Positions 18,216 to 27,084 of a stretch of DNA of 64,000 nucleotides are shown in pieces. The first letter of the stretch is position 1, and every line of letters begins with the position of its first letter. The position numbers and the translations under genes are program-made. This stretch comes from a virus. The stretch spans positions 4,337 through 68,336 of IMG/VR virus record IMGVR_UViG_3300009104_000016, one strand, 5' to 3'. Under the pieces are notes generated by a model. It saw nothing but the letters and a program-made list of their open reading frames with translations, ran no database searches and was not told where the DNA came from.

Positions 18216-18397
18216 CCGGCTTCCCTCTTCACCTTCTCTACCACGATATGCTTCAAGCCTATGCTGAAGTAGTCCAGCTCGGAAGCTTCCCTCCGGCCTA
18301 TCTCCACTATCTTCTCGGCGAGATGTTCGGGCATCTCTATGTCCAACGTCTCGGCTCCGCTCTCCTCCAGCTTGATCTCGTTTTTATCTTCGGTCAT
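18212..18397 (-). CDS. Hypothetical protein
   Basis: MTEDKNE start is coupled by an ATGA overlap to the resolvase stop. Confidence 0.65.
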   Translation of the reverse strand: MTEDKNEIKLEESGAETLDIEMPEHLAEKIVEIGRREASELDYFSIGLKHIVVEKVKREAG

Positions 18398-18870
18398 GTC
18401 CTCGCGTCTCTTATAGGGTTCTGCGTTCTGTGCCACCAGTCGAGTATCAACAAGGCATCGGCTGTGGCTAAAGTTATCTTGAGTTCCGGGTACAGGCGGC
18501 AGGCGTGGCTCTTCAGTTTTCTCTTCCTCGGGGCTCCCGTGAGACCCCGAAGACCCTCAAGTCCCGCCTGCCATTTCTGGGGTTTCACCAAGTGAAGTGG
18601 GAACTTCATAGCCATGAGCACACCGGATTCAAAGCCGTAGTTGTACCCCAACTTGAAGGCTGAACTGGAAGGTATGTTGGCCCCGGTGTAGGGGGGAATG
18701 GACTCGATGACCGCATCGGTTTCCGCCGGATCCATGCCGCCTACCACCTCCATAAACTCCGTCTCGGTGAAATGGGTGAACCCCTTGAGGGTTATGCCAC
18801 CCTTTCTATACAAAGCCACACCCCCTTTTTGACCGGGGTCTACGGCTATGACGTTTCGTGGAAAGGGCAT
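18394..18870 (-). CDS. RuvC-like Holliday junction resolvase
   Basis: IAVDPGQKGG, VIE, SAFKLG.NYG, VKPQKWQ and ADALLI motifs. Confidence 0.9.
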   Translation of the reverse strand: MPFPRNVIAVDPGQKGGVALYRKGGITLKGFTHFTETEFMEVVGGMDPAETDAVIESIPPYTGANIPSSSAFKLGYNYGFESGVLMAMKFPLHLVKPQKWQAGLEGLRGLTGAPRKRKLKSHACRLYPELKITLATADALLILDWWHRTQNPIRDART

Positions 18871-18873
18871 AGG

Positions 18874-19086
18874 CTACAGGCGAGGCGGCTCCGGTGGTTT
18901 CGTGGACACCTCCGGGTCTTTTTTACGAGGTGCGTAGAACCTACTGGGCCCGGAACCGCCTACCTGATTCTTTTTGACCGGGGGAGATCTGCGGACGGGC
19001 CGGGCGGAAGCACCGCATACATGGCAACTCCTTGGAGAGAATACAAACCTCCACAGTCGCTTAAGTTGGGCGAGCAAACGTTTCAT
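18874..19086 (-). CDS. Small basic hypothetical protein
   Basis: In operon position. Contains CHVC. Confidence 0.5.
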   Translation of the reverse strand: MKRLLAQLKRLWRFVFSPRSCHVCGASARPVRRSPPVKKNQVGGSGPSRFYAPRKKDPEVSTKPPEPPRL

Positions 19087-19102
19087 GTCAACATACCTTT
19101 CT

Positions 19103-19294
19103 TTAAGAAGACGGGCGCGCGCGTTCCCTCCGAGCCTTGCGTCTCTTCATTTCCCTCGAGATAGCCTCTCTGGCAATCTGAGACGGAGTCGAATGAACCC
19201 TGCGAGCTTCCTCTTGGAGCTCATCCCTCATACCTCCGGCGAGGCGGATGTTGAGCTGGCACGGGAAGGAGATTTTAGCGGAGACGCCTTTCAT
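19103..19294 (-). CDS. Ribbon-helix-helix (CopG/Arc-like) regulator
   Basis: QLNIRL...RDELQEEARR...TPSQIAREAI. First gene of the leftward operon. Confidence 0.75.
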   Translation of the reverse strand: MKGVSAKISFPCQLNIRLAGGMRDELQEEARRVHSTPSQIAREAISREMKRRKARRERARPSS

Positions 19295-19305
19295 AGTAAC
19301 TAAAC

Positions 19306-19334
19306 GTAATACACGTATCGGGCGTGCTTCTCAA
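19306..19334 (-). promoter_or_regulatory. Sigma70-like promoter TTGAGA-17-TATTAC of the replication operon
   Basis: Directly upstream of ATG 19294. Shares ACGTGTAT with the promoter at 17848-17876. Confidence 0.5.
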
Positions 19335-19526
19335 GTAAAAAGGGAAACTACAGCAAAACGCTTATGATGAACCCAAAGGTCTTCAGGAACTTGAACTCGG
19401 GCAGGCGAAGGAACTCCAACGCAGACCGCAGGCATTTCATGGAAAGGGCACTACTCCTAAGCCGAGCGTACCCAACGAATAGTCTGTTATTCATACCACC
19501 CAAATAGACCCAAGAAGAGGCAAAGG

Positions 19527-19563
19527 CAATGGTGCTCAATGGTGCTCAATGGTGCTCAGTGGT
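19527..19563. repeat. 10-bp tandem repeat CAATGGTGCT x3 plus a partial copy
   Basis: Read directly. Confidence 0.9.
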
Positions 19564-19600
19564 ATTCATGGCGGTAGGGAGTCCAGAATCCCGTAGCCCC

Positions 19601-19710
19601 TTTTGGGACCTTTTGGGGTCTTTCAGGGTTTTTTGGGGTATTCTAGGGTCTTTTGGGACCTTTTGGGACCTTCTAGGGTTTTGCAGCCCCTTTTAGGGTC
19701 TTTTGGGGGT
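19601..19710. repeat. Eleven degenerate 10-bp units (TTTTGGGACC / TTCTAGGGTC consensus)
   Basis: Exact 10-nt phasing of T-tracts and G-tracts. Confidence 0.85.
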
Positions 19711-20110
19711 GGGACGCCAAAAACAAGAAACATAACAAGAAGTCATAAGCGGCTGGGCGGCAAGAAGTTCGGTCCTTTCTTATTGTTTTATTGTTTTTTA
19801 TACATATGTATAAGTAAAAGTAGTATATAATAGGCAGGGGGCAGGGGCCCCACCCCCAGGGCACCCCGGGGGCACCAGGGTTAGGAAACGAAAAACAACA
19901 AGAAAACACTAAAAATATTTGTAAGTCTTTGGTAGGTATTTGTTTGAGCCACCGTGTTTGCTTTATTGTTTCGATTCGAGTCTTGTTTCTGCTGGAGAGT
20001 TTTTATTTTTCTGTTTTGTCTTTTAGATTTTGTGTAATTTCAAAACAGGTATTCTTTAATGTTTTGACGGGCTCAGCTCGTTTTTTGGTGTTTCGGCGGG
20101 TTGGCGGCGT

Positions 20111-20144
20111 TCGGCGCGCACCTACCAGCATCGGCGCGCACCTA
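20111..20144. repeat. Direct repeat TCGGCGCGCACCTA x2 (20-nt period)
   Basis: 20111-20124 and 20131-20144, at the strand-skew inversion. Confidence 0.9.
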
Positions 20145-20280
20145 TCAAAGGGCCCCCCGCCGCCCCCGCCACCCCGCTAGATTGAAAAAAAAGAAAGGGA
20201 ACAAATAAGGGTAGGGAAAAAGGAGGAACAGAAAAAGATCCCAAAAATTCCTCAATACGCAATGTCTAAAATCACTCCCT

Positions 20281-20508
20281 ATGGATGACCCAACCGACTT
20301 CGTGTATGAGAACAAACGAAACTACTGGCTGTCCGTTGTCAACGGCACTTCTCCCAACTGGCATCCCAACCGAGTTCCTGCAGCTCTCGAAATGCTAAAG
20401 TTGATAGAAGAAAGTAGTGTCCCCTGCAAAAACTGCGGATCTAAAGAGTGCTACCACGAAAACAGCTACTGTGCTAGTTGTTTGCGAGCTCTCATGTTCT
20501 GGCCGTAA
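20281..20508 (+). CDS. Small zinc-finger protein
   Basis: CKNC...CASC. First gene of the A-rich block. Confidence 0.65.
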   Translation: MDDPTDFVYENKRNYWLSVVNGTSPNWHPNRVPAALEMLKLIEESSVPCKNCGSKECYHENSYCASCLRALMFWP

Positions 20509-20586
20509 GGCTATCACCGGCCAAATTGGCTGGCTCCCTTATCTTTTCTGACTAAAACCAATAAATACGACAATAATAATAATACT

Positions 20587-21204
20587 ATGAAATTCTTAAA
20601 CTATTCTCCTTTAACGGAGATAATTGAATTCAGGCCTGTAGAGACAACTGCGGAGTCCTATATAACACCTAACATGTTAAAAATTAGCTACGATCTCCCA
20701 GAAAGAGGTCCTCAAGGCGAACACGGCCCTCTTGCCGACGAGATCGGAGGGTACGACCCCGACGAAATATGGCTGACGAACACAAGCGGGAGTTTTCTAG
20801 CCCAATACTCCACGAAGGTGGAAAAGCCGTACATTCGGCATCTTAACAGTACCTTCGAAATAATCGCAAGAATTCCGGGACGTCAAAAAGGATCTAACGG
20901 CTGGGAATTTCCGGAGGATGAAGCAGCACACCCACATTGGAAAACACTAAGAGCCGGTACAGCTGTTGCTAAGTCGAACTCAGCATACATTCTCACCCCC
21001 GGACAATTCATAGCATGGGTCAATAGTGCCGCCATAGAAGCGGGCTATTGCGAAAGCATGCACAAATACAAATGGAAGAAACCAGTTTTTCCTCAATACG
21101 AAACCTTCTTACAGGAACAGTACTTTCCTGAAGGAGAAGACGGGATTGAGATTTATAACCGTTTTCTCTTCAAAAAATTGGGGATAGAATATGAGCAATT
21201 TTAA
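20587..21204 (+). CDS. Hypothetical early protein
   Basis: 205-aa ORF with an A-rich leader. Confidence 0.7.
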   Translation: MKFLNYSPLTEIIEFRPVETTAESYITPNMLKISYDLPERGPQGEHGPLADEIGGYDPDEIWLTNTSGSFLAQYSTKVEKPYIRHLNSTFEIIARIPGRQKGSNGWEFPEDEAAHPHWKTLRAGTAVAKSNSAYILTPGQFIAWVNSAAIEAGYCESMHKYKWKKPVFPQYETFLQEQYFPEGEDGIEIYNRFLFKKLGIEYEQF

Positions 21205-21227
21205 GCTAAAGCATAACATAAAATAAG

Positions 21228-21536
21228 ATGAAACTATCCGATAAACTTAAAGGAGAAGTGATTCTCGCACTCAAAAAACGAGAATTCCCTCGTGAATTGA
21301 TAGACAACTGTATCAATGAGCAAGAAGATATCAGCCAAAAAGCACTCCTACTCGGCATAATCCAATTAGGTGCCCAGTTTGGAGGTTTCATGGGAGGTAT
21401 GACTGAAGACAAATTATGGCTCATTTGCAATACCATGCAAAACACCCCAAATGGCTTGTTAGTCTCGAAATTCTTCGCACTCGGTTGTCATATAGCAAGA
21501 TGTAAATGCCCTGAAATGAATGAATACTTAGGATGA
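21228..21536 (+). CDS. Hypothetical early protein
   Basis: 102-aa ORF in operon. Confidence 0.65.
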   Translation: MKLSDKLKGEVILALKKREFPRELIDNCINEQEDISQKALLLGIIQLGAQFGGFMGGMTEDKLWLICNTMQNTPNGLLVSKFFALGCHIARCKCPEMNEYLG

Positions 21537-21569
21537 ATACTTAGGATAACTCAAAACAAAATTAAAACT

Positions 21570-22256
21570 ATGAAAGAAAAAATCACAAAAGATGTCATTG
21601 ATACAGACACCCCTCTGGGGATAATCCTCTCCGTCTATTGGGACAGAGCCGAGAAAATGGCCACCATGAGACCAGATCATCCATTCCACAACACGGATAC
21701 ACTAGAGCACACGAGAAGAGTAGTGCAAGCCTCTCAGCTACTCACCAGTAGACTCGAGCTTCCACCACGCGAAGCGATCAACCTGCGGATAGCCGCAATA
21801 GCCCATGATCTAGGCAAAGTCGAAACATGGAATCCAGAAGGAAGCCCGTGGTTCAAAGGCCACGAAGCCGTTTCCGCCGATCTGATGATCGAAAAAGGAT
21901 TCTCGCCTACCTGCGACATAGTCAATGCCGTTAGACACCACGGCAAACTTCAAAACTTCGACCAATTCGGCGACAAAGCCCGACGCAAACTACTCGATAA
22001 AATACAAAACCTGAAGCTGTTTATCATGCTCCAAGTTTGCGACGCCGAAGGCTTCTCTCCTTACGGAAGAGAAAAAGCCAGAAACCAGCTTCAGACGTTT
22101 ATAGACTATGTAGAAAACGAACATATCACCCTCCGCAATAGTCTTATAGACCCTCTTGACGACTACGAGGTAGCCCAACTCGATAATTGTTGGCTTTGGC
22201 TTGAGACATTGTGCTCGTACTATTCAGAAAACAACTACCTCTCCCCCGACCAATGA
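21570..22256 (+). CDS. HD-domain phosphohydrolase (CCA-adding/poly(A) polymerase C-terminal type)
   Basis: HPFH...LEHT...AAIAHDLGK...FKGHE...VRHH...CD motifs. Confidence 0.88.
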   Translation: MKEKITKDVIDTDTPLGIILSVYWDRAEKMATMRPDHPFHNTDTLEHTRRVVQASQLLTSRLELPPREAINLRIAAIAHDLGKVETWNPEGSPWFKGHEAVSADLMIEKGFSPTCDIVNAVRHHGKLQNFDQFGDKARRKLLDKIQNLKLFIMLQVCDAEGFSPYGREKARNQLQTFIDYVENEHITLRNSLIDPLDDYEVAQLDNCWLWLETLCSYYSENNYLSPDQ

Positions 22257-22840
22257 GCACGGAAGTAATTAAAATCGAGGGGAAGGAACAAAACATCACA
22301 GTCAAACCCATAACCTTGTTATATGACGGGAGCTATGGGACGGCGAAAATCGAACCTCCTGATGAATACATAACCGTTGACTGCAGTCAACTGGTTAATA
22401 AATACCACGAACTTGATGATGAAGCTATCGAGTTTTGGATCACGCAACCCATGTTCCTATACATGTGGACTACCATGTGGGGTCATAACATCGCTAAGAA
22501 AACGGAATTCGCTACAGTACACTGCTTGCCAGAAACTGCAGAAGAATTCAATGATCAAGCAGCTAATGTCAAACATGTATTCAGCATGTTGGCAGCGTTG
22601 ATCAACGCCCATGCAATCGCCATAGTCAGTAAGCGAAAGGTTTACTTGAAATACCCAGAACTTGGACTACACCCCGGAGTTCAAGCAAACCTCGCCGAAA
22701 TACTTATCTTGCTAACGCACGGAGGTTTTCCTCCATACATTGTGGAAGCAAGCAATCCAAACAAACACACGCCCGAGTTTAAAGGCAAGAAGGGTGTGAA
22801 AACAATAATAGAACACATAAAACACCGTAATAACAGCTAA
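22253..22840 (+). CDS. Protein with degenerate ABC-ATPase Walker B/D-loop segment
   Basis: VYLKYPELGLHPGVQANLAEILI resembles hhEEPE.hLHP..Q. No intact Walker A is seen. Confidence 0.55.
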   Translation: MSTEVIKIEGKEQNITVKPITLLYDGSYGTAKIEPPDEYITVDCSQLVNKYHELDDEAIEFWITQPMFLYMWTTMWGHNIAKKTEFATVHCLPETAEEFNDQAANVKHVFSMLAALINAHAIAIVSKRKVYLKYPELGLHPGVQANLAEILILLTHGGFPPYIVEASNPNKHTPEFKGKKGVKTIIEHIKHRNNS

Positions 22841-23169
22841 TGTATATAGTAAAAAACGATAAAGATAATACTGATAACACCAACAACGCCAAGAGTTCAT
22901 TTAAAGAGCTCCCAACACCAAGCAAAGCCTCTTGTGACTTCACAACAGGAGCTCTGTTTTGGGCTTTTTCGCAAGCCCGAGACGCTACCGTTGACGAACA
23001 CACTAAAATCGAAGATGTGTTTGATAACACAGCGTACCACTTCTTCGCCGCCATGACGGAAGCCTTCTTCATCAGCAAACTCGAAGATGATACGGCTGCA
23101 CTAGAAAAAGAGGCCAAAGGATTATCGGAAAAATTGATGCAGCTCAAAAAAGAGTTAAACATCGAGTAA
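22840..23169 (+). CDS. Hypothetical protein with C-terminal coiled coil
   Basis: TAATG coupling. Confidence 0.7.
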   Translation: MYIVKNDKDNTDNTNNAKSSFKELPTPSKASCDFTTGALFWAFSQARDATVDEHTKIEDVFDNTAYHFFAAMTEAFFISKLEDDTAALEKEAKGLSEKLMQLKKELNIE

Positions 23170-23230
23170 TCGCCGTTCCTGAGCAAGAACTGAAAAGGCT
23201 CCTTCTTTAACCTAAAACTAACCTATACTT

Positions 23231-23425
23231 ATGAAAGAAAATCAAAAAAGAAAAGACCCCAGAGTCGCAGACTTGGAGTCATTTGCAAACAAATACCCTA
23301 CAGTTATAAAAATGCCGTCTGGGAAAAAACTTGTTAAACCAGACGCTGAAGTATTAAACGCCGCCAAAAGACTGGAAAACTTCCTTTCCAACAAAGCCCG
23401 AGGAGGTCACCCATGGAATTGGTAA
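23231..23425 (+). CDS. Small hypothetical protein
   Basis: 64 aa with an A-rich leader. Confidence 0.6.
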   Translation: MKENQKRKDPRVADLESFANKYPTVIKMPSGKKLVKPDAEVLNAAKRLENFLSNKARGGHPWNW

Positions 23426-23529
23426 AATTAAGAGCGATTCTACGAAACCTCGTTAGAGTCTGCATTAACCCTTTCCTCTCACCCAAACACCAAATCCGAA
23501 AAGTAATCGGAATATACAAAATTAAGTAA
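23413..23529 (+). CDS. Small basic protein (38 aa, MELVKLRAIL...), not in the ORF track
   Basis: AGGAGG 6 nt upstream. Ends 1 nt before the next ATG. Confidence 0.5.
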   Translation: MELVKLRAILRNLVRVCINPFLSPKHQIRKVIGIYKIK

Positions 23530-23530
23530 A

Positions 23531-24460
23531 ATGAGAATTAAACAAATCATCACACACCCCGGAGCCGCACACAGAGACGATCTGCTCGCCACCGCCATCC
23601 TACTGGCAAATTGCTCCGGATATCCACCTATCATACGAAAAGAGCCAACGGCTAGCGAGCTTACAGATCCCGAAATAGCCGTAATAGATGTTGGCAGATC
23701 TCACGATCCCGACAAACTAAACTTCGACCATCATCAATTTCCACGAGATGGGATCCCGACCTGTGCCTTAAACCTAATCACACAGCATTTAGGTTTAGAG
23801 GAATCTTTTAAATTAGCAAATAGTTGGTATGACCTTACTGCAGTCGTTGACTGTAAAGGCCCCAACTACGCTAAAGACTGGCTGGGTTTACCGAGCTTAG
23901 GTTCGTTTTTTCAGATGTGCTCACCTGTTGAAAAATGGTTACTACACCTCTTCCAAGCTGCAAAGGTGATATTCCCGGAACATCAAAGAAAAGCCATAAG
24001 CACTTACTTAGTAAAGAAAAATACCTTCCCCCAAACCACTGCACATTTTCTTTACGAGGCCCTCATGAATATGGGAACCCATATGACGGACCTAGCTCAA
24101 GAATACAAGGAACGATGGGATGTACTACCTGAAATAGAATCAGTAGATATACCAAATTCGGGTTTCAAGTTCTTCGATGCCAGACGCTTTGAAAAAAGCG
24201 ACAACCCAACGCTAGGTTTAAACAACTACATCAGCAGCTATAGACCTGAATGCGTAGTTTCAATAACCCAAGATGAAAGGAATAAAGGATATCAAATCTA
24301 CCGCATGAACGACCATTCAGCGATAGACTTAACCCTTTTGGATAACGACGACCGGATTCTATTCACGCACCCGGGAGGTTTCGTTGCCAAAACAAAAGAC
24401 CAGAACTTAACCGACGAAGATGTTGGTGAATTAATATCGATGGGAGTTAAACGCCTATGA
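23531..24460 (+). CDS. MYG1-family (DHH-like) hydrolase/exonuclease
   Basis: THPGAAHRDD, VIDVG, NFDHHQ and FTHPGGF motifs. Confidence 0.85.
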   Translation: MRIKQIITHPGAAHRDDLLATAILLANCSGYPPIIRKEPTASELTDPEIAVIDVGRSHDPDKLNFDHHQFPRDGIPTCALNLITQHLGLEESFKLANSWYDLTAVVDCKGPNYAKDWLGLPSLGSFFQMCSPVEKWLLHLFQAAKVIFPEHQRKAISTYLVKKNTFPQTTAHFLYEALMNMGTHMTDLAQEYKERWDVLPEIESVDIPNSGFKFFDARRFEKSDNPTLGLNNYISSYRPECVVSITQDERNKGYQIYRMNDHSAIDLTLLDNDDRILFTHPGGFVAKTKDQNLTDEDVGELISMGVKRL

Positions 24461-25035
24461 AGCCTGTTGGCCAGTGGGAAAAACACCAAGGTAGACGCGA
24501 TCTAGCAGAGTTATTAGACGACATTAAACGAAAAGATGTCCCCCTCAGTGGGGATATCCACGTCAATATTCCCGCTAATCGCCTACACCTACTATGTGCT
24601 TGTCTTAATACACTCAGCTACAAACTGAGCAAAGAAGATAAGCCTTTCATTCCCGCACAAGGGAAGAAAAATGCTAACCACAGCAAGCAAGACGGCTTGT
24701 TAGAAATCGCAAATCAAATCAAAAACGCAATTAGCAATGATAAACTCAAATCCATTCACGGACAACCCGTTCACGGAAGAAACGAAAACCGAGGAGGGGA
24801 CGCAAACATCCCTGTTCCCCACAAAACCGGAGGAACAAGCCTCAGTAGTATTGGAGGAAACTCCGGAGGAACAGAACACCCAACAGGAACTCACAGCGGA
24901 ACCGTTGAAGAACAACTCCGGCAGGGTAAATCTGTTGCTTGGGCCACAGGGACGACTAGTAAACCTGAACCAAATGGAGACGTACGCCACACCGAGACCT
25001 CAAGGGCCTCAACACACGCCGATACATCCGATTGA
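24457..25035 (+). CDS. Hypothetical protein (3' part overlaps the next gene)
   Basis: ATGA-coupled start. The second half is low-complexity and overlaps 24737..25687. Confidence 0.5.
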   Translation: MKPVGQWEKHQGRRDLAELLDDIKRKDVPLSGDIHVNIPANRLHLLCACLNTLSYKLSKEDKPFIPAQGKKNANHSKQDGLLEIANQIKNAISNDKLKSIHGQPVHGRNENRGGDANIPVPHKTGGTSLSSIGGNSGGTEHPTGTHSGTVEEQLRQGKSVAWATGTTSKPEPNGDVRHTETSRASTHADTSD

Positions 25036-25687
25036 CCACCTCTACACACCTATCAAAAACGAACTCACAAACTTTTACTGGGAAGTAGAAGAAGAGTTCT
25101 TGGCCATGGATGATGTAAAGCACACCCAAATCTTGATGTTCCACATCAGAGACACGATAGAAGAAAAAGATGGATATCGATACTTCGGAGACGAAGCTAA
25201 AACCACCATAGCCATCATCAACAACAATATCAAAAAGGGAAGAGTAGTCGCATATTCAGGGGTACAAGAAATGATATGCATGAACCATTCGGCCGACGGC
25301 GAAGTATGCATGGCACATGTACATAAAAAGAAAATCCTAGAAAGGCTGCAGCAAGAAATCCCAAGATGGATATCACAGCTAAGAGGTTCCATAGTAGATA
25401 AAAGGAGAAGACGCCAACATCTAAAAAATCACATACTGGAAGACAACTCGGCGAAAGCTCTGCTGTTCGACGCCGCCCGTGACAAAAAGAATGGTATTAT
25501 CAAACCCTCCCGTATGTTCAATATCTATGGCGAGTTCAAGAACCCAACGGAAGCACACAACGCCCCGCCAAACTCGGCCTTCCTTATGGAACAAGCAATG
25601 ACCCGGACTGCCGGTTTCACAGCAACTGATCTATTAGGGAAAACTAATAGAATTTGTGCTTTTATTGATGAAAAAACAGGTTTCTAA
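24737..25687 (+). CDS. DUF932-like protein
   Basis: TP...HTPIHP, IAIINN...SGVQEMICMN...HVH pattern. Start is uncertain. Confidence 0.6.
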   Translation: MINSNPFTDNPFTEETKTEEGTQTSLFPTKPEEQASVVLEETPEEQNTQQELTAEPLKNNSGRVNLLLGPQGRLVNLNQMETYATPRPQGPQHTPIHPIDHLYTPIKNELTNFYWEVEEEFLAMDDVKHTQILMFHIRDTIEEKDGYRYFGDEAKTTIAIINNNIKKGRVVAYSGVQEMICMNHSADGEVCMAHVHKKKILERLQQEIPRWISQLRGSIVDKRRRRQHLKNHILEDNSAKALLFDAARDKKNGIIKPSRMFNIYGEFKNPTEAHNAPPNSAFLMEQAMTRTAGFTATDLLGKTNRICAFIDEKTGF

Positions 25688-26543
25688 CGAGGCTCTGTTA
25701 AAGTTCGGGAAAGGGTCGGCTAAATTAGCTGACCACATCCTGCACTTTAGCATCCCTACAGGCTTCAGCTGCACTAAATTCGCTCGCTCATGTCTCGCAT
25801 TTGCCGATAAAGATTCCGGTAAGATAAAACGCGGACCCGATTCAGAATTTACATGCTACTACGCAAGCTTAGAAGGTTTGTACCCTTCCGTTCGGAAAAA
25901 CTCTTGGCATAATTGGGAACTATTAAAAGACGCCAAAACCACCAACAAAATGGCATCTCTAATTCAAAAATCCCTAATTCCGTTAGTATACAAGTACCAC
26001 AACGAGCACTTAAACTTCCCAACTATACGCATACATGTCGGCGGTGAGTTCTATTCTCGGAATTACTGGAACGCTTGGCTCAAGGTAGCAAGAGAACTGA
26101 CGCCCATTAAATTCTACGCCTATACTAAGGCAATTAGTTATTGGGTTCGCTCAGAAATTAACAGTGAAATTCCCGACAACCTGAATCTAACTGCATCCTT
26201 CGGGGGCTTACACGACGCAGAGATAATCGAATACGGTTTGAAATATAACAAAGTAGTTTTCTCAAAAGCCGAAGCCGCTGAACTAAAACTACCGATAGAC
26301 CACAATGACTGGTACGCACATACGGGTACCGTTAACTTCGCTTCGCTCTTACACGGAGTTCAAGCAAAAGGCAGCAAAGCTTCAGCCGCCATATCTAAAC
26401 TCAAAAAAGAAGGATTTACTGGATATGGGAAGAATAAAGACTATTCCACCGCCAACCCGGCTCTCCTTGAACAATGCTATAAATGGCATAAAAGAATCGG
26501 AAATAGCGAAATACAATCAATATTGGAACAGCTTGCTGCCTAA
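25668..26543 (+). CDS. Gp88-like (radical SAM-related) phage protein
   Basis: GSAKL...FSIP.GFSC...C...CYY, RIHVGGEFYS, FYAYTK and NLNLTAS motifs. Confidence 0.8.
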   Translation: MKKQVSNEALLKFGKGSAKLADHILHFSIPTGFSCTKFARSCLAFADKDSGKIKRGPDSEFTCYYASLEGLYPSVRKNSWHNWELLKDAKTTNKMASLIQKSLIPLVYKYHNEHLNFPTIRIHVGGEFYSRNYWNAWLKVARELTPIKFYAYTKAISYWVRSEINSEIPDNLNLTASFGGLHDAEIIEYGLKYNKVVFSKAEAAELKLPIDHNDWYAHTGTVNFASLLHGVQAKGSKASAAISKLKKEGFTGYGKNKDYSTANPALLEQCYKWHKRIGNSEIQSILEQLAA

Positions 26544-27084
26544 AACCGAAAAAGAAGTCCTTGAAAGAATAGCTTTTGCAATTCTATCAGTGCACACCGC
26601 ATGGACCGCAAACATACGCCAATACCGTAACATTCAAAATGTAGACTGGATAGAAAAACCCATCTACATACTCGAAGCTCTCAAACAAGGAGGCGGTATG
26701 TTCCACCAAAAAACAAAAGCATTACGAGAACTTCTTGTAAACCGGAAACACTACCTCCCTCAACCAAAAGAAGATTGGTTCCAATTCAGAAACAAACTTC
26801 TCAACATCCCACACTTGGGATTAGCAAAATCCAGTTTCGCAGCCGAACTGTGCTGCCCCACTACAACCGCTCTACATCCCGTATGTCTAGACACCCATGT
26901 ACTCGGGTGGTGCGGTTACAAAAGCCGTAACGGTAAACTCAAACCAGAAGAATACAAAACTATCGAAAAAGCATTCGACAACATCTGTGACGACAGACCT
27001 ACATTCATTATCCGCAACATCCTGTGGGACAAAGTTCAAAACAAAAATTCAGCCCGTTACTGGGCCCATGTTCTAGAACAATGA
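26425..27084 (+). CDS. HhH-GPD-type DNA glycosylase-like protein (OGG/AP-lyase-like)
   Basis: FAILS, NIPHLGLAKSSF (HhH with Lys) and VCLDTHVL. Confidence 0.8.
   Translation: MGRIKTIPPPTRLSLNNAINGIKESEIAKYNQYWNSLLPKTEKEVLERIAFAILSVHTAWTANIRQYRNIQNVDWIEKPIYILEALKQGGGMFHQKTKALRELLVNRKHYLPQPKEDWFQFRNKLLNIPHLGLAKSSFAAELCCPTTTALHPVCLDTHVLGWCGYKSRNGKLKPEEYKTIEKAFDNICDDRPTFIIRNILWDKVQNKNSARYWAHVLEQ

Noticed and set aside
19348-20180. ORFs 19348..19539, 19603..19830, 19673..19909 and 19929..20180
   Set aside because: They are translations of low-complexity repeats and T-rich control DNA without protein-like features.
21520-21547. 13-bp tandem duplication ATGAATACTTAGG at a gene end
   Set aside because: A single slippage-type duplication with no evident function.
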